In this document: positions 9,218 through 19,813 of the stretch, in pieces
Position numbering within the stretch: the first letter of the stretch is position 1
Layout of the letters: the number at the start of each line of letters is the position of its first letter
Source: a virus
Taxonomy: Duplodnaviria; Heunggongvirae; Uroviricota; Caudoviricetes
IMG/VR virus record: IMGVR_UViG_3300025765_000001
Strand: one strand, 5' to 3'
DNA length: 64,000 nt
Notes under the pieces: generated by a model
What the model was told of the DNA's origin: nothing
What the model saw: the letters and a program-made list of their open reading frames with translations, nothing else
Databases searched by the model: none
Program-made: the position numbers and the translations under genes

Positions 9218-9947
9218 ATGATTTACTCTACCTGCCGACAAGTAGAAGTTGAGGATTCACGCTTCATAACCTGTGAGAGGTGCCGTGGAAAGCACGCCGA
9301 AAAAACAAGGAAGATCAGGAACAAGAAACCGGTTAATTGCACGGTATACGGGACGCCTCATTGTGATAGGAAGCCCAACGGCTATCCTTTTAAGCTCTGT
9401 GCTGTCTGCCGTGAGGCTGGCCTAACTAGAGTAACCCACTGCAAACAGCAACTTCTAGAGCGTTTGGCAACCGAACACAAATGTGTAAATTGCGGTTCTG
9501 TCTTTAATGTTTCTTCAGGGAACACCTTATGTGAAACGTGCCGAGAGAAAAATAAAACCAACCAGCAAGAGGCTAGAAAAAGGACGAATCGAAAATGGTC
9601 TTTGCCACATGTGCAGCGGCGAACGACAGGATAAAATCGGCAGATGCTATCGGTGCGTACTAAAGGCGATATCCTACGTTTGCTTGGAAACACGTTATCG
9701 GTGGAAAGAGATAGGTCTAATTCTGTTTGAAAAACAAAATCAGACCTGCGTGTATTCCGGTCAACCTATCAAGTTAGGTGTCGATACTTCCATAGATCAT
9801 AGAGTGCCACTTAGCAGAGGAGGTACACACGCCGCCGATAACCTGCAATGGGTTCGCATAGATATCAATACGGCGAAGAGCGGACTTCTTGAAGAAGAAT
9901 TCCTATCAATGATTTCCCAGATTCACTCTCACCGACTAGCATCCTGA
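9218..9947 (+). pseudogene. multi-Zn-ribbon HNH endonuclease, frameshifted
   Basis: Repeated CxxC pairs; frame change at an A-run near 9577; then CVYSG..SIDHRVPLSRGG..NLQWV..IN.AK HNH domain. Confidence 0.7.
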
Positions 9948-10531
9948 TCCTTCTTTTGCTTCGCCTTCTTGCGGGCCTCCTCGATCTCTTCGTCAAAGTT
10001 CGATTCCCGAATGACACGCCTTAGCCGCACTTCGACTTCCACGATGCCGCAGCTTTTGACGCATTTCTTGTTTTCTTCGAGGTCTTTGACAGATGGGAAA
10101 ATCCTGTTGCCGCCCTTGGCACCACCGAGTTCGTAATCGAAATCCACCTTATCCATGTAGCCGATTACGACACCTTGTTCGTCTCCCCAGATTGGTTCCG
10201 TGAACGTCTTCTTTTCATGGTCGATCATTTCTTTGGGTGCGGTGAGTAGTCCCACGTCCGCAACTTTGTTTGGTTGGTCGAGTAACTGTGATTTGTCAAC
10301 AGTCACCCGATTGCCTATCGTATTCACTTGGGCTGGCAGTGTCAAGGATACCTTGTCAGCAGACACCCCATGCGAAGTCACCCAGAGCCAGGGCGTTTCG
10401 CTCTCTCGATCAAGCAGGCGTGCTGGGACGGTGAATTGAAATACGGTGCCTTCAATTAAGCGACTTTCCAACACCACGTAATTGCCACGTTCCTCGACAA
10501 CCTTAACTTTAAGTTTTACTTGCTTGTCCAT
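9929..10531 (-). CDS. hypothetical protein
   Basis: 200-aa ORF with a phage-typical YMDKVDFDYELG..CGIVEVEV C-terminal domain. Confidence 0.7.
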   Translation of the reverse strand: MDKQVKLKVKVVEERGNYVVLESRLIEGTVFQFTVPARLLDRESETPWLWVTSHGVSADKVSLTLPAQVNTIGNRVTVDKSQLLDQPNKVADVGLLTAPKEMIDHEKKTFTEPIWGDEQGVVIGYMDKVDFDYELGGAKGGNRIFPSVKDLEENKKCVKSCGIVEVEVRLRRVIRESNFDEEIEEARKKAKQKKDQDASR

Positions 10532-10627
10532 GATCTATAGTAGTTACTAAATCCCAAATTTCAGCTTGTTCTCCAGCAGCTAATTATCTAGAATGAAAGC
10601 CGGTTGTTATTTTCAGGGGTGACTTCA

Positions 10628-11701
10628 ATGGCTACTAGGGAAGGCAAAACCGTATTCATGGCGAACTCTGAAGATGAAGCCGAAGAGTATTTCTGGAAAG
10701 AGATCAAATCCGCCTGGACCCAATTACGGGAACCGGTGGAGCTAAAGGAGGGCATCAAGCTAGGTGACGTGTACAATATGGTCCAGTCCCGGCCTGAGCT
10801 AAGGTTGCTGGCGAGCATGTGGTGGCCCAATTACCGCAATGTTACGCCCATCGAGGAACCGGACTCGGATCGTCTTATAGTCAGCAGGCAGGGGATCATC
10901 GATAGAAGCGATAGGCTTCTAGTGGTTAATGAACTGGAGACAGAACCAGCGTTGGCTCTGTCAGAAATGCCTTTAGAAGTCAACGACTCCTTCATCGTGA
11001 AGAAGAAAGTCGTACTCAAGAAGAAACCTGATATAACAACCAAACAGATTCTTGAAGGAAAATACCCGTTCAGTCTACTAGACCTTCTCTGCGGCCTTTT
11101 CCATAACTACGTTTTCTATGGGCCTGTGACTCTTACTAAGTCCGGCCTGTTGGACGAGGATGGAGAACCAGTCGATGATCCTCTGCCATATCTGCTGTCT
11201 GATTGCAAAATAAAAAAGCTAACCCTGGGAGACCTGTTCTCGTGGGTTGAGAATAACAAGGGATTGAAGGATTTCATCTCCATGTACTCATGGTGCAACG
11301 ATATAGACGAATTCCACGCTGCATCTAGAAATAAGCCAACAAAGACGGATTTGGATTACTTGGAATGCTACAAAGTAATCGGCAACTGGAGCAATCATGC
11401 TGAGCTTTGCACCGGATTCCACGGCGTTGGCCCGCCGATCACCGAGGGAATCAAGAACTCCTGCTATGGGGTTGAGTTTTGCGACATGTCAGAACTAGCA
11501 CAACTACCACTGAGAGTAGATGATTCGATCCAGATAGAAACGAAAGAAGGGGTGATAGAATGCCATCACCCCTTCACATTGATAGAAATCTTGGACTCGG
11601 TTTATTGGGAGATATCCTACTTCGGCACTGTCGAACAAATCAAAGCTCTTACCAAACATCGTACCGAGGTCATTCAGGATATTATGTCCCAGGAGCCTTA
11701 G
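10628..11701 (+). CDS. hypothetical protein with internally duplicated domain
   Basis: Two similar halves (LGD.....; L..LPL.V.DS; PF.L...L). Confidence 0.75.
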   Translation: MATREGKTVFMANSEDEAEEYFWKEIKSAWTQLREPVELKEGIKLGDVYNMVQSRPELRLLASMWWPNYRNVTPIEEPDSDRLIVSRQGIIDRSDRLLVVNELETEPALALSEMPLEVNDSFIVKKKVVLKKKPDITTKQILEGKYPFSLLDLLCGLFHNYVFYGPVTLTKSGLLDEDGEPVDDPLPYLLSDCKIKKLTLGDLFSWVENNKGLKDFISMYSWCNDIDEFHAASRNKPTKTDLDYLECYKVIGNWSNHAELCTGFHGVGPPITEGIKNSCYGVEFCDMSELAQLPLRVDDSIQIETKEGVIECHHPFTLIEILDSVYWEISYFGTVEQIKALTKHRTEVIQDIMSQEP

Positions 11702-12053
11702 CAGGCGGTGCCCCCGGAGTTGCTGGTGGGGTGCCTCCTGCGGCTGGCGGTGTTCCTGGTGCAGGAGCTTTGGCTGCCTGTGCTAGTTCTTGTTGCCACG
11801 CCGTCAGGTTTTTCGTCAAATCCTGTGCCATCTTTGCTAGATTGGGATCGGCTGGGTTTTTTTGCATTGCAGCCTGCATATCAGTCATGCCCTTTTGTAC
11901 TAGAGGCAGTGTCTTGCTTTGGGGTGGGGCAGCAGGCGGCGTTCCAGCAGGTGGAGTGCCAGCCGGTGGTGTCGCTGGGGCAGCCGGGCCAACTTCGTTC
12001 AACTTCTTGTAGTATGATTCCCGCTGATTGCAAAAGTATTTGAACGTCTTCAT
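11682..12053 (-). CDS. Pro/Ala/Thr-rich small protein with FK-type N-terminus
   Basis: MKTFKYFCNQRE start; TPPA/GTPP repeats. Confidence 0.75.
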   Translation of the reverse strand: MKTFKYFCNQRESYYKKLNEVGPAAPATPPAGTPPAGTPPAAPPQSKTLPLVQKGMTDMQAAMQKNPADPNLAKMAQDLTKNLTAWQQELAQAAKAPAPGTPPAAGGTPPATPGAPPAKAPGT

Positions 12054-12067
12054 AACCTATATATCTC

Positions 12068-12952
12068 CTAGCTCGTAAATGTATAGTAATCTTCGAGCGT
12101 GCAATTCTCGTTGAACTCATCGTCTTTAATGGTTCCTGGGGCTATCACAGACCCACTGGTGGATATGATGGCACCCTGAATACCTCCCTCTTCCGGGGGT
12201 TGTAGGAACCACTTCATAAGCTCTTCTTGCTCTACCTCCTTGATCTCTTCAAAGAGGTTGTTGATAACCTGTGCGAATTCAGAGTTGTCAGTGTCATCTA
12301 TCTTGTAGTTGAACTTGCAAACCCCGTTCTGGAATACATGAATCTTCTTGATGTTGACTACCGAGTTGGCTGCCTTTGGCTCAGCAACGACCACAAATCC
12401 CCACTCTAGAGGGTTGTCCAGGTCATACGGATTCTTGCCAGTGAAGTAGATTTCCTTGGCATCTGGAGAAATACAGCCAGATTCCTCGTACTCGTAGTCT
12501 ATAGCCATGAATCGGTCGCCGATCAACGAACTACGATCCCATTGGGTGACTATCTCGCCGGTCCTGTAGTTGATCTTGGCTGAAATAACTGGCGAATCAA
12601 TTTCCTCACTCATATCTGGCTTCATCAATTTCAATGTCCTGAAACCAGTTAGATCAGGCTCGTCTAGCTCTTCAACAAAAGCCTGCATATAGGTCTGACC
12701 GACTACAAAATAACCCTTGACACTACCCAAGGATATGGGTTGCTTTTTTGTCTTGTAGATAACACCGACGCCAGACCCGCTTCCCAGCGTAGTAGAGCCG
12801 GAAAGTACGGCGTATTCCTCGCCCTCATGTCTCTCGTCCTTGATCCTATAGTCTGGCAGACGGCAAATGAATTTCTGCCAAACTATCTCAGGACATGGCC
12901 GCACTGCGGAACGTCTAGCTAGTTCTTTCAGAATGTCGGTTTGATTTGCCAT
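12068..12952 (-). CDS. hypothetical protein
   Basis: 294-aa ORF with AGGAG RBS. Confidence 0.75.
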   Translation of the reverse strand: MANQTDILKELARRSAVRPCPEIVWQKFICRLPDYRIKDERHEGEEYAVLSGSTTLGSGSGVGVIYKTKKQPISLGSVKGYFVVGQTYMQAFVEELDEPDLTGFRTLKLMKPDMSEEIDSPVISAKINYRTGEIVTQWDRSSLIGDRFMAIDYEYEESGCISPDAKEIYFTGKNPYDLDNPLEWGFVVVAEPKAANSVVNIKKIHVFQNGVCKFNYKIDDTDNSEFAQVINNLFEEIKEVEQEELMKWFLQPPEEGGIQGAIISTSGSVIAPGTIKDDEFNENCTLEDYYTFTS

Positions 12953-13046
12953 CTCTACTCCTTTTAAGCCTTTCCGAAGGTATATATCACTGTAGTCTTT
13001 GGAAAACAGGGGTTACATTTTCAGGAAAGGGTGGTATAATCTTGGC

Positions 13047-14477
13047 ATGAGCAAGGCGGTTATTTCAGTACAGAACTGCTATTCTTGGCTAGAAACCAAC
13101 AGCGAAGAAATTAGATCGACACTATGGCGTGCCCTTCGCTTCAAAGAAAGAAACTACTTCCACAGCCGTCTATACAAACAAAAGAAGTGGGACGGCTATA
13201 CCGAATTCTTCAAGCCAGAGAGCGGCAGATTTTTGACTGGTCTGCTACCGGAGGTAGAGTATGCCTTGAATCATCTGAAGTGCGACTATCGCATTCTGGA
13301 TGAGCGAAGCCAGTACGATTTCCGCTACAACTCCATTACCGATAACTTCCTGCAACAATGGCAGAAGTCGGGCACCAAGCCAGTTACGCTATACGACTAC
13401 CAAGTTGACCTGTGCAACCAAATCCTAAAGCACAGAAGGGGTGTTATCCAAGCCCCTACCTCAGCAGGCAAAACAAACATTATGATATCGATATTGAAAT
13501 GCCTGCCGGTTAATTGCCCAACCGTCATTCTAGCTAACAAGAAAAGCTTAGTCTCTCAAAACTACGATGAGATGATAAAGTGGGGCTTCTCCAACGCAGG
13601 CAGACTATACGACAAATACGAAGAACCGAACATCATTACCTGTGCCACAGTCCAATCGCTTCACAAAATGGATAAGGTGCTGGGCAAGATTCGATGTCTG
13701 ATCGTAGATGAGATTCACGAGATGATGTCGAAAGAACCACGGAAGTTTTACAACAAGATGAAGGCAGCCTCCGTTCGGGTCGCTATCAGTGCCACACCAT
13801 TTAAGTTCGGCGGCAATGACAAAAGCCAGAAGTATGCCGTCAAGGGATTCTTCGGCCCGGTAATGCGTACTCATGTGGTCGAGGGCGGAGTCCTCACCAC
13901 TGATTTCCTACAAGAACGTGGCACCCTGTCTAAGTCTCGATGTGTTTTCTACCCGATCACCGAGCCGCAGATACCCTACGACATCTACATGGATGCCGTC
14001 ACCAACGGCATTGCTGAAAACTGGCAGTTCCACAACATTGTGAAGAGACTAGCCATTACGCTGAAGGGACGGACTCTAGTTCTGGTCGAGCGTATATCCC
14101 ACGGTGATACGCTCAATAAGCTAATCCCTGGGTCTCTTTGGGTGCAAGGTAAGGACGACGATGACACCAGAAAGCAGGTAATCAAGCAGCTACAACACAA
14201 CGAACAATGTATTGCCATAGCTACCCAGGGCATTTTCAATACTGGCATCAACGTATTTGTTCACAACCTCATTAACGCTGCTGGCGGACAGGCAGACCAC
14301 CAAATCGTCCAGAGAATGGGCCGTGGCCTCCGTACCGCTGAGGATAAGGAAATCCTCAACTACTATGACTTCGTGTTCAACATCAATAATTACCTACTAG
14401 ATCACTCCAAGAAGAGAATTAAGATTCTCTCCAAGGAAGGGCATGATTTGGAGGTCAAAAAGACCATAGACTTCTAG
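13047..14477 (+). CDS. uvsW: UvsW-like SF2 DNA helicase
   Basis: APTSAGKT, VDEIH, SATP, QRMGRGLR; TGGTATAAT extended -10 lies 6 nt before the ATG (probably leaderless). Confidence 0.9.
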   Translation: MSKAVISVQNCYSWLETNSEEIRSTLWRALRFKERNYFHSRLYKQKKWDGYTEFFKPESGRFLTGLLPEVEYALNHLKCDYRILDERSQYDFRYNSITDNFLQQWQKSGTKPVTLYDYQVDLCNQILKHRRGVIQAPTSAGKTNIMISILKCLPVNCPTVILANKKSLVSQNYDEMIKWGFSNAGRLYDKYEEPNIITCATVQSLHKMDKVLGKIRCLIVDEIHEMMSKEPRKFYNKMKAASVRVAISATPFKFGGNDKSQKYAVKGFFGPVMRTHVVEGGVLTTDFLQERGTLSKSRCVFYPITEPQIPYDIYMDAVTNGIAENWQFHNIVKRLAITLKGRTLVLVERISHGDTLNKLIPGSLWVQGKDDDDTRKQVIKQLQHNEQCIAIATQGIFNTGINVFVHNLINAAGGQADHQIVQRMGRGLRTAEDKEILNYYDFVFNINNYLLDHSKKRIKILSKEGHDLEVKKTIDF

Positions 14478-14499
14478 CCATACGCTACATAGATAACGT

Positions 14500-15855
14500 A
14501 TGGATTTCAAACTCTGGCTTGAGTACGAGGAATACGGAAACCTAGATTCCGAGGTTGAGTTCTTCCTAGATAGGGTCAAGAAATCAACCCTGTCCTCTAT
14601 GACAATGGAAGGCGGACATCTCACGTTCAGGTTTCCGAACTATTCCAAAATGTACTCTGTCCCAGCCACTAGTCCGTACCCACAGATCAATGTCAGGCCA
14701 CTAGCTTTAGCTGCCCACACTCAATATGATGGCCCTATTGTATCGGAAGGCATCAAGGAAAAAGAAGGCGGCAAAGGGAGGCTCACCTACGATGCCGGAG
14801 TAGAGGCGGGGTTCATCAAGCCGTTCCGAGCTAACAAAGATGTGACCAAATTCCAGAAAGCATTAGACAGCAAGATTCATCTAATATCGAAGGATATGGG
14901 CCTCCTCTTTGAGACCGAAGTATTCATAGCCCTTATTACGGGCAAAAAGCTGAAACCAGTAAACGGTCACGGCCTCCCAGAAGCCAAGGAGATTCGCAAT
15001 CACCATTTGGAAGCCATCAAAGCTCGCATAACCAACGGTGCTGTGTATAGAAGGATCGTCGTTCTGGTCCGTAGTCACGGCATCGATCTAGCCAACCAGA
15101 TATACTACCGAGCGATGCAGAATCAGACTCTTCAAAAAAAGTGCCAGGGTCAGATAACTCAGGTAGAGTTCTCTGGGGGTTCTTCTGGTTGGGGTGTGAC
15201 CGACATAGCCGACATCAAGATCGGGTGCGATTTAGACAAGATGGGATTTGCTACCAAGTTCACCAGTGAGGCAAAGGTAGCATACCGCAGCCTGTCTGCT
15301 CAGACAATGTACTCTATTCTTGGCGGAAGCGAACCATCTACATTCGAGGACGAACTGAAGAAGGCTATGGCTATCGACACCAGCGAAGCCAAACAGTTCA
15401 TGATCGACACCTACCACGGACTAGCCAAACAACTAATGGCTGGTAATCCAAACAAGTTCGTTGAATTCCTCAACTACGTCCTCACCGCTGGCAAAAACAC
15501 GTTCTCGGCAGCCAGGAATTATACCAGGAATATGGGTGGGGCGTTCTGGTCTGGAGCTATGCAAAGGGATTTCATTACCTCTGATACACCAGCCACGCCA
15601 CTCAGCCCGAAGGACGGGGCTGTGGTCACAGTGGGTGCTAACCAGACCTATGTAAAAATGTTATACAAGCTCCAAGGCGGGTCTAGAGATGGAACTTATG
15701 TGACTTTGGAACCTGATGTCAAAGTCGCCGATCTCTTTGGCGACGAAGACGACTTCACCCCATCGACTACCAATATAGCCAGAGTAGTCGTAAAGGTGAA
15801 CAACATCGCTACCGACAGGTTCAACAACAACAAACCCGGACGGTTCAACAAGTGA
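14500..15855 (+). CDS. hypothetical protein with FKxWL N-terminus; possible PD-(D/E)xK-like core
   Basis: MDFKLWLEYEE start; ADIKI...FATK weakly nuclease-like. Confidence 0.75.
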   Translation: MDFKLWLEYEEYGNLDSEVEFFLDRVKKSTLSSMTMEGGHLTFRFPNYSKMYSVPATSPYPQINVRPLALAAHTQYDGPIVSEGIKEKEGGKGRLTYDAGVEAGFIKPFRANKDVTKFQKALDSKIHLISKDMGLLFETEVFIALITGKKLKPVNGHGLPEAKEIRNHHLEAIKARITNGAVYRRIVVLVRSHGIDLANQIYYRAMQNQTLQKKCQGQITQVEFSGGSSGWGVTDIADIKIGCDLDKMGFATKFTSEAKVAYRSLSAQTMYSILGGSEPSTFEDELKKAMAIDTSEAKQFMIDTYHGLAKQLMAGNPNKFVEFLNYVLTAGKNTFSAARNYTRNMGGAFWSGAMQRDFITSDTPATPLSPKDGAVVTVGANQTYVKMLYKLQGGSRDGTYVTLEPDVKVADLFGDEDDFTPSTTNIARVVVKVNNIATDRFNNNKPGRFNK

Positions 15856-15856
15856 T

Positions 15857-17152
15857 CTACTTTTTCTTAGTCTTTGGCGGGTGCCCTAGCACCATTTCGA
15901 CGCTCACGACGAGTTGGTAATTATCAATCATCTTCCAATATATGTGTGTAGGGACATCGTGTTTGCCGTGTTCCTGCATCTCCTCAATGAATTTCTCAAG
16001 CTCCTTCTTTTTTGCCTTCTTGTCATTTAGACAGTGGGCATATTTCTTCCACCAAGGTGAGTTAGGCTCACGGATCATAACCACGTAGCCGTTGTCGTCG
16101 GCGTATTCTACATACGCCCTCATATCCATAACTTTGACGTTGGTGTTGTCTACAACAACTGGAGTGACGCCGTTATCGATGGCATATTTGAATAACCGAA
16201 GGTTCTCAGCGTGAGCCGCCATCAGCTTATCAGCATTCCAGTTCCTCTTGTACTCTTTGACCTCATCTTCTTCGGATACGGTCTCTCCACGCCGACGTTT
16301 TTCAAGCGTCTCAGGTATCCATTGGTTGTCCGTAGAGAAAATGTGGTCATTAGGGTCTCCACCACCGAACTCTTTCAGGAGTTCCTTGCCTCTAGTAGAT
16401 TTGCCAGAGCCGGGGAATCCACGCATTACGATACAATACCTATTGCTGGTATCGACCGGACCTCTATTCTTTACGTAATCCTTGAATGTCGGTAAATCTG
16501 CCATCGGAGCCATTCCTTCGCCATTCCTTCGCCATTCTACTTTGCCGTCTTTGATGTAGATAGCATCACAGTTTCTAATGGAATCTGGATGATGTTCTAG
16601 ACATTCCAGAGCATCCTCTTGCTCGTGGCACAGCCGTACACAGTCTTGGTAGCTCTTGCCTAGAGCAAATTCAGCCAGTACCCTACAAGGGGCACCGTGG
16701 CTGACCACGATGAATTTGTCTTGTTCACGACCTACTAGATCGTACCAAAACAGTTTGATACGATCAACGAACACTTCTGTAGATTCTCTTTGGAAGAATC
16801 TACCTTCTTTGTGCCATTGGTCTGGTGGGTATACTATGCCTGGAATATCCCTTTTCGGCACAAATACTCCACCATTGCTATCCAAGTCACGGTGACTATA
16901 GCTAGTGACATAATACTCCCTTGGGCCTGCGTGTACCACAAAGGGTAGCTTTGCCAAGGTAGCTAGTTTGCTAGCTGTTTGTACAGTTCGGAGATACGGC
17001 GAGCAAATGCCGAGGTAGCCATCAAACGAAGCTAGGAATGACGCTAAAGACTCGGCTTGTGAGTGACCTTTTTTAGTCAACTCAGAACCTAGCTCGTCGC
17101 TGAGGCGGGCATTATACTTACTCTGGCCGTGCCTAACGATGATGAGTTCCAT
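15857..17152 (-). CDS. histidine phosphatase fused to AAA_33/N4BP2-like P-loop kinase
   Basis: VRHGQS, SPYLRT.QTA, VSHG; then MRGFPGSGKST, FSTD, VVDNTN. Confidence 0.85.
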   Translation of the reverse strand: MELIIVRHGQSKYNARLSDELGSELTKKGHSQAESLASFLASFDGYLGICSPYLRTVQTASKLATLAKLPFVVHAGPREYYVTSYSHRDLDSNGGVFVPKRDIPGIVYPPDQWHKEGRFFQRESTEVFVDRIKLFWYDLVGREQDKFIVVSHGAPCRVLAEFALGKSYQDCVRLCHEQEDALECLEHHPDSIRNCDAIYIKDGKVEWRRNGEGMAPMADLPTFKDYVKNRGPVDTSNRYCIVMRGFPGSGKSTRGKELLKEFGGGDPNDHIFSTDNQWIPETLEKRRRGETVSEEDEVKEYKRNWNADKLMAAHAENLRLFKYAIDNGVTPVVVDNTNVKVMDMRAYVEYADDNGYVVMIREPNSPWWKKYAHCLNDKKAKKKELEKFIEEMQEHGKHDVPTHIYWKMIDNYQLVVSVEMVLGHPPKTKKK

Positions 17153-17217
17153 TTCTATATCCTCTTGGTAAAAGCCTACCAAGATTCAATAGAAATTAGA
17201 AGGTGATTATAGACGTG

Positions 17218-17556
17218 TCATTCTGGCCCCCCTGTCCCGCCAGATCGCATATTCATTTCTGCGGCTTTTACGATTTCATCAATAAACCTAGAAACCGGAA
17301 TCCCTGGACCATCTTTTGCAAGTTTGCGAATAGCAAATACTTGCTCAGGACGTAGGTACTGTTGGACCTCCCCACGTTCTAGAACGTCGTTGACCTTGGG
17401 GTAGATCATTTTCGTATTACGCATCATAAGCGTATCTTCATCGGTGTCCCTGGCTACGGGATCGTCTTCAGCCATGAAGTTGATAATGATCTGCCGGACG
17501 GTATCTTGAAGTTTTTTGACTTCCTCGTTCTCTAGCCATATCTTGAACGTCAACAT
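17218..17556 (-). CDS. small protein with FKxWL N-terminus
   Basis: MLTFKIWLENEE start; TAAATA 4 nt before the ATG. Confidence 0.75.
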   Translation of the reverse strand: MLTFKIWLENEEVKKLQDTVRQIIINFMAEDDPVARDTDEDTLMMRNTKMIYPKVNDVLERGEVQQYLRPEQVFAIRKLAKDGPGIPVSRFIDEIVKAAEMNMRSGGTGGPE

Positions 17557-17563
17557 ACCGTAT

Positions 17564-18430
17564 TTACGGACGCAGAATTATTTTCAGAAGTGCCATACGA
17601 AGATAGAGGCCATTTTTTACCTGCCTCCAGTAAGCGGCACGAGGGTCAGCATCGCACTCGATACTAAGTTCCCTGGTTCTGGGTAGGGGGTGCAACAGGA
17701 TTGATTTTTCCTTCATGTGCGGCAGCGGATTGAGGTTCCTGCATTCTTCGCCGCCGTCCGTTCCACATCTCTCGCTTTGGAGACGGGTCATATACACGAC
17801 ATCAGCCGCCCTTAGAAGGTTCGGCAACTTTTCCAAAGTCTCGGAAGGTCCGTTTCTTATGTCTATTTCATGAATCTGACAGTCCTCGAAGACCCGACGT
17901 ACCAGCAATGCTAGCGAATTGATGGTTCTGGCATATTGGATGTCGCCCAGGAATAGTAACCGCTCGAAGTTGGGAATTTCGTCAATAATCGTAAACAAAT
18001 CAATCAACGCCTGGGTAGGATGCTCACCGGCACCATCCCCGGCATTGATAACCGGAACGTCAGAGACCCTAGCCGCCGTCTGTGCCGCCCCTATATTCGG
18101 GTGCCGGATCACAATGACATCGGCATATTGCGAGATCGTCTTGATGGTGTCCTCGAATGACTCCCCCTTCCTCATGGATGAAGTCATGGTATCGACACTA
18201 AAAAACGAGCCGCCCAATCGCATGACGGCTGCTTCAAAAGAAGACTTGGTTCTGGTGCTAGGCTCATCGAAAACCGTGGCTATAGTACATCCCTTCAAGG
18301 CCGTGAAGTAATGGCATTCACGCATGAACCACGGTTCGTCCTTGGAAAAGTTAGACCTTATGCTTTTCGTGAGCTTGAAAAGCTGATCTAGAAAATGGAG
18401 ATTAAACTGAGAGGAAGACAATATATCCAC
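17564..18430 (-). CDS. pyrB: aspartate carbamoyltransferase catalytic subunit
   Basis: EPSTRT, INAGDG.GEHPTQAL.D, TRLQ.ER, LHPLPR; GTG start with GGAGG RBS. Confidence 0.95.
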   Translation of the reverse strand: MDILSSSQFNLHFLDQLFKLTKSIRSNFSKDEPWFMRECHYFTALKGCTIATVFDEPSTRTKSSFEAAVMRLGGSFFSVDTMTSSMRKGESFEDTIKTISQYADVIVIRHPNIGAAQTAARVSDVPVINAGDGAGEHPTQALIDLFTIIDEIPNFERLLFLGDIQYARTINSLALLVRRVFEDCQIHEIDIRNGPSETLEKLPNLLRAADVVYMTRLQSERCGTDGGEECRNLNPLPHMKEKSILLHPLPRTRELSIECDADPRAAYWRQVKNGLYLRMALLKIILRP

Positions 18431-18497
18431 GGCCCGGCCTCCTAAAGTGTAAATTAGGTCTATTTTAAGTATGGCGTAACTAAATATCAACAGCAAT

Positions 18498-19313
18498 ATG
18501 TACAAGAACTTTCAACAATGGATAAAGCGGCGTGACCATCCGTGTGTAAAGGAGTGGGCGGACTTCGGCTTCAGCAAGCAAAAGGACGATTGCAAAAAAT
18601 ACACCGATGACGATCAAACTCCCCTTAATCCTTTCGATGTCCAAGAGATGTTTGATGAAATGCTTCGGATGCCGTCTATCAACTCTCACAAAGCCAAAAA
18701 GAGATGGGCCGACACACTAGAGTGGGGGCAGGACATAGGTGCCCTCTTATTAGACATATCTCCGCTGGGATCGTTCAAAATAACGATACGCAGGAAGATT
18801 ACGGACCTACAGGGTGAAATGCGTTGGATTTGCAAAAAAATCATTTCGCTGAATGAGAGAAACTACAACACAGATGAGGGGCCTAGAGCAGTGGAAGTAT
18901 ACGAGGCTGTCAAGGACATAGGAAAGCAAATGATTGATTCGCCTAAATCAGATTACGAAGACTTTCATACCCTGGTGCGGCACCTATTCTCTCAATCTCG
19001 ACTACACTTTCCGTCTTACTGCATGTTTTCACCGAAAATCAAACAGATCAATGAGAACTACTACAAAATATACTTCGACATGAAAGGTCATGGAGTGGAA
19101 TCCCCTAGTGCTACCAGGGTGGAGCAATTCAACATAGACATACTCATGGACAAAGAAAAGGGCTTAATTAGGTGTTGGGGTTATGATGTCAAATCGCCCA
19201 CCAAGGGCCACAAATGGGAGATCGTTCCGTCTGAGTGGGATGAATGGTACGCACCATCGCAGCCCATAGAGGAAATAGTAGATATCGTCATAAATACTCT
19301 GTTGTTCTATTAG
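18498..19313 (+). CDS. hypothetical protein (NFQQWI N-terminus)
   Basis: 271-aa ORF with TAAATA upstream. Confidence 0.75.
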   Translation: MYKNFQQWIKRRDHPCVKEWADFGFSKQKDDCKKYTDDDQTPLNPFDVQEMFDEMLRMPSINSHKAKKRWADTLEWGQDIGALLLDISPLGSFKITIRRKITDLQGEMRWICKKIISLNERNYNTDEGPRAVEVYEAVKDIGKQMIDSPKSDYEDFHTLVRHLFSQSRLHFPSYCMFSPKIKQINENYYKIYFDMKGHGVESPSATRVEQFNIDILMDKEKGLIRCWGYDVKSPTKGHKWEIVPSEWDEWYAPSQPIEEIVDIVINTLLFY

Positions 19314-19316
19314 GAG

Positions 19317-19592
19317 ATGTATATGAATTTCAAAGAATGGCTCAAGCTAAAAGAAGGAAGAGGCCAGCCTGGAATTCAAGTCACACCAAATGTGAAAAAG
19401 GCTGCCAGTATCGCTATGCAAAAGGCAAAGATAGCTGTTCCTCCTGGTACGACGGCTGGAGATTACTTCAAGCAGAATCCGGCAGCTTTGAAGGGATTCC
19501 AACAACAAATGGTTGCCGCCAAAGTTCCCGGTATCGATCCGAACACGCCTATTTCACTTGATGATATAGCCGCTATTCTAGGAGTGAATTGA
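19317..19592 (+). CDS. small protein with FKEWL N-terminus
   Basis: MNFKEWLKLKE; AGGAG RBS. Confidence 0.75.
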   Translation: MYMNFKEWLKLKEGRGQPGIQVTPNVKKAASIAMQKAKIAVPPGTTAGDYFKQNPAALKGFQQQMVAAKVPGIDPNTPISLDDIAAILGVN

Positions 19593-19813
19593 TGAGTAAT
19601 GCCAGGGACGTAGCACTTGATATAGCCAAATATCTACAAGGCACCTTCAAGCGAACCACTAGGAACGCCCGCAAGGTCGCATGGCGTACTCTGTCCAGCG
19701 GCAAAGGAAAAGAAGAGATTGACAGGCTCTTAGACAACCCTGATCGGAGCCTCAACACTATAGCCAACCTTAGTTTCAAGGAGTGGCTATCTCGTTCGGA
19801 AACAAATCCTTAA
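19592..19813 (+). CDS. small protein with C-terminal FKEWL motif
   Basis: TGATG coupling; ends NLSFKEWLSRSETNP. Confidence 0.6.
   Translation: MSNARDVALDIAKYLQGTFKRTTRNARKVAWRTLSSGKGKEEIDRLLDNPDRSLNTIANLSFKEWLSRSETNP

Noticed and set aside
1-10000. Strong CTAG over-representation
   Set aside because: A rough manual count in the first 10 kb was not above random expectation; CTAG is only not depleted
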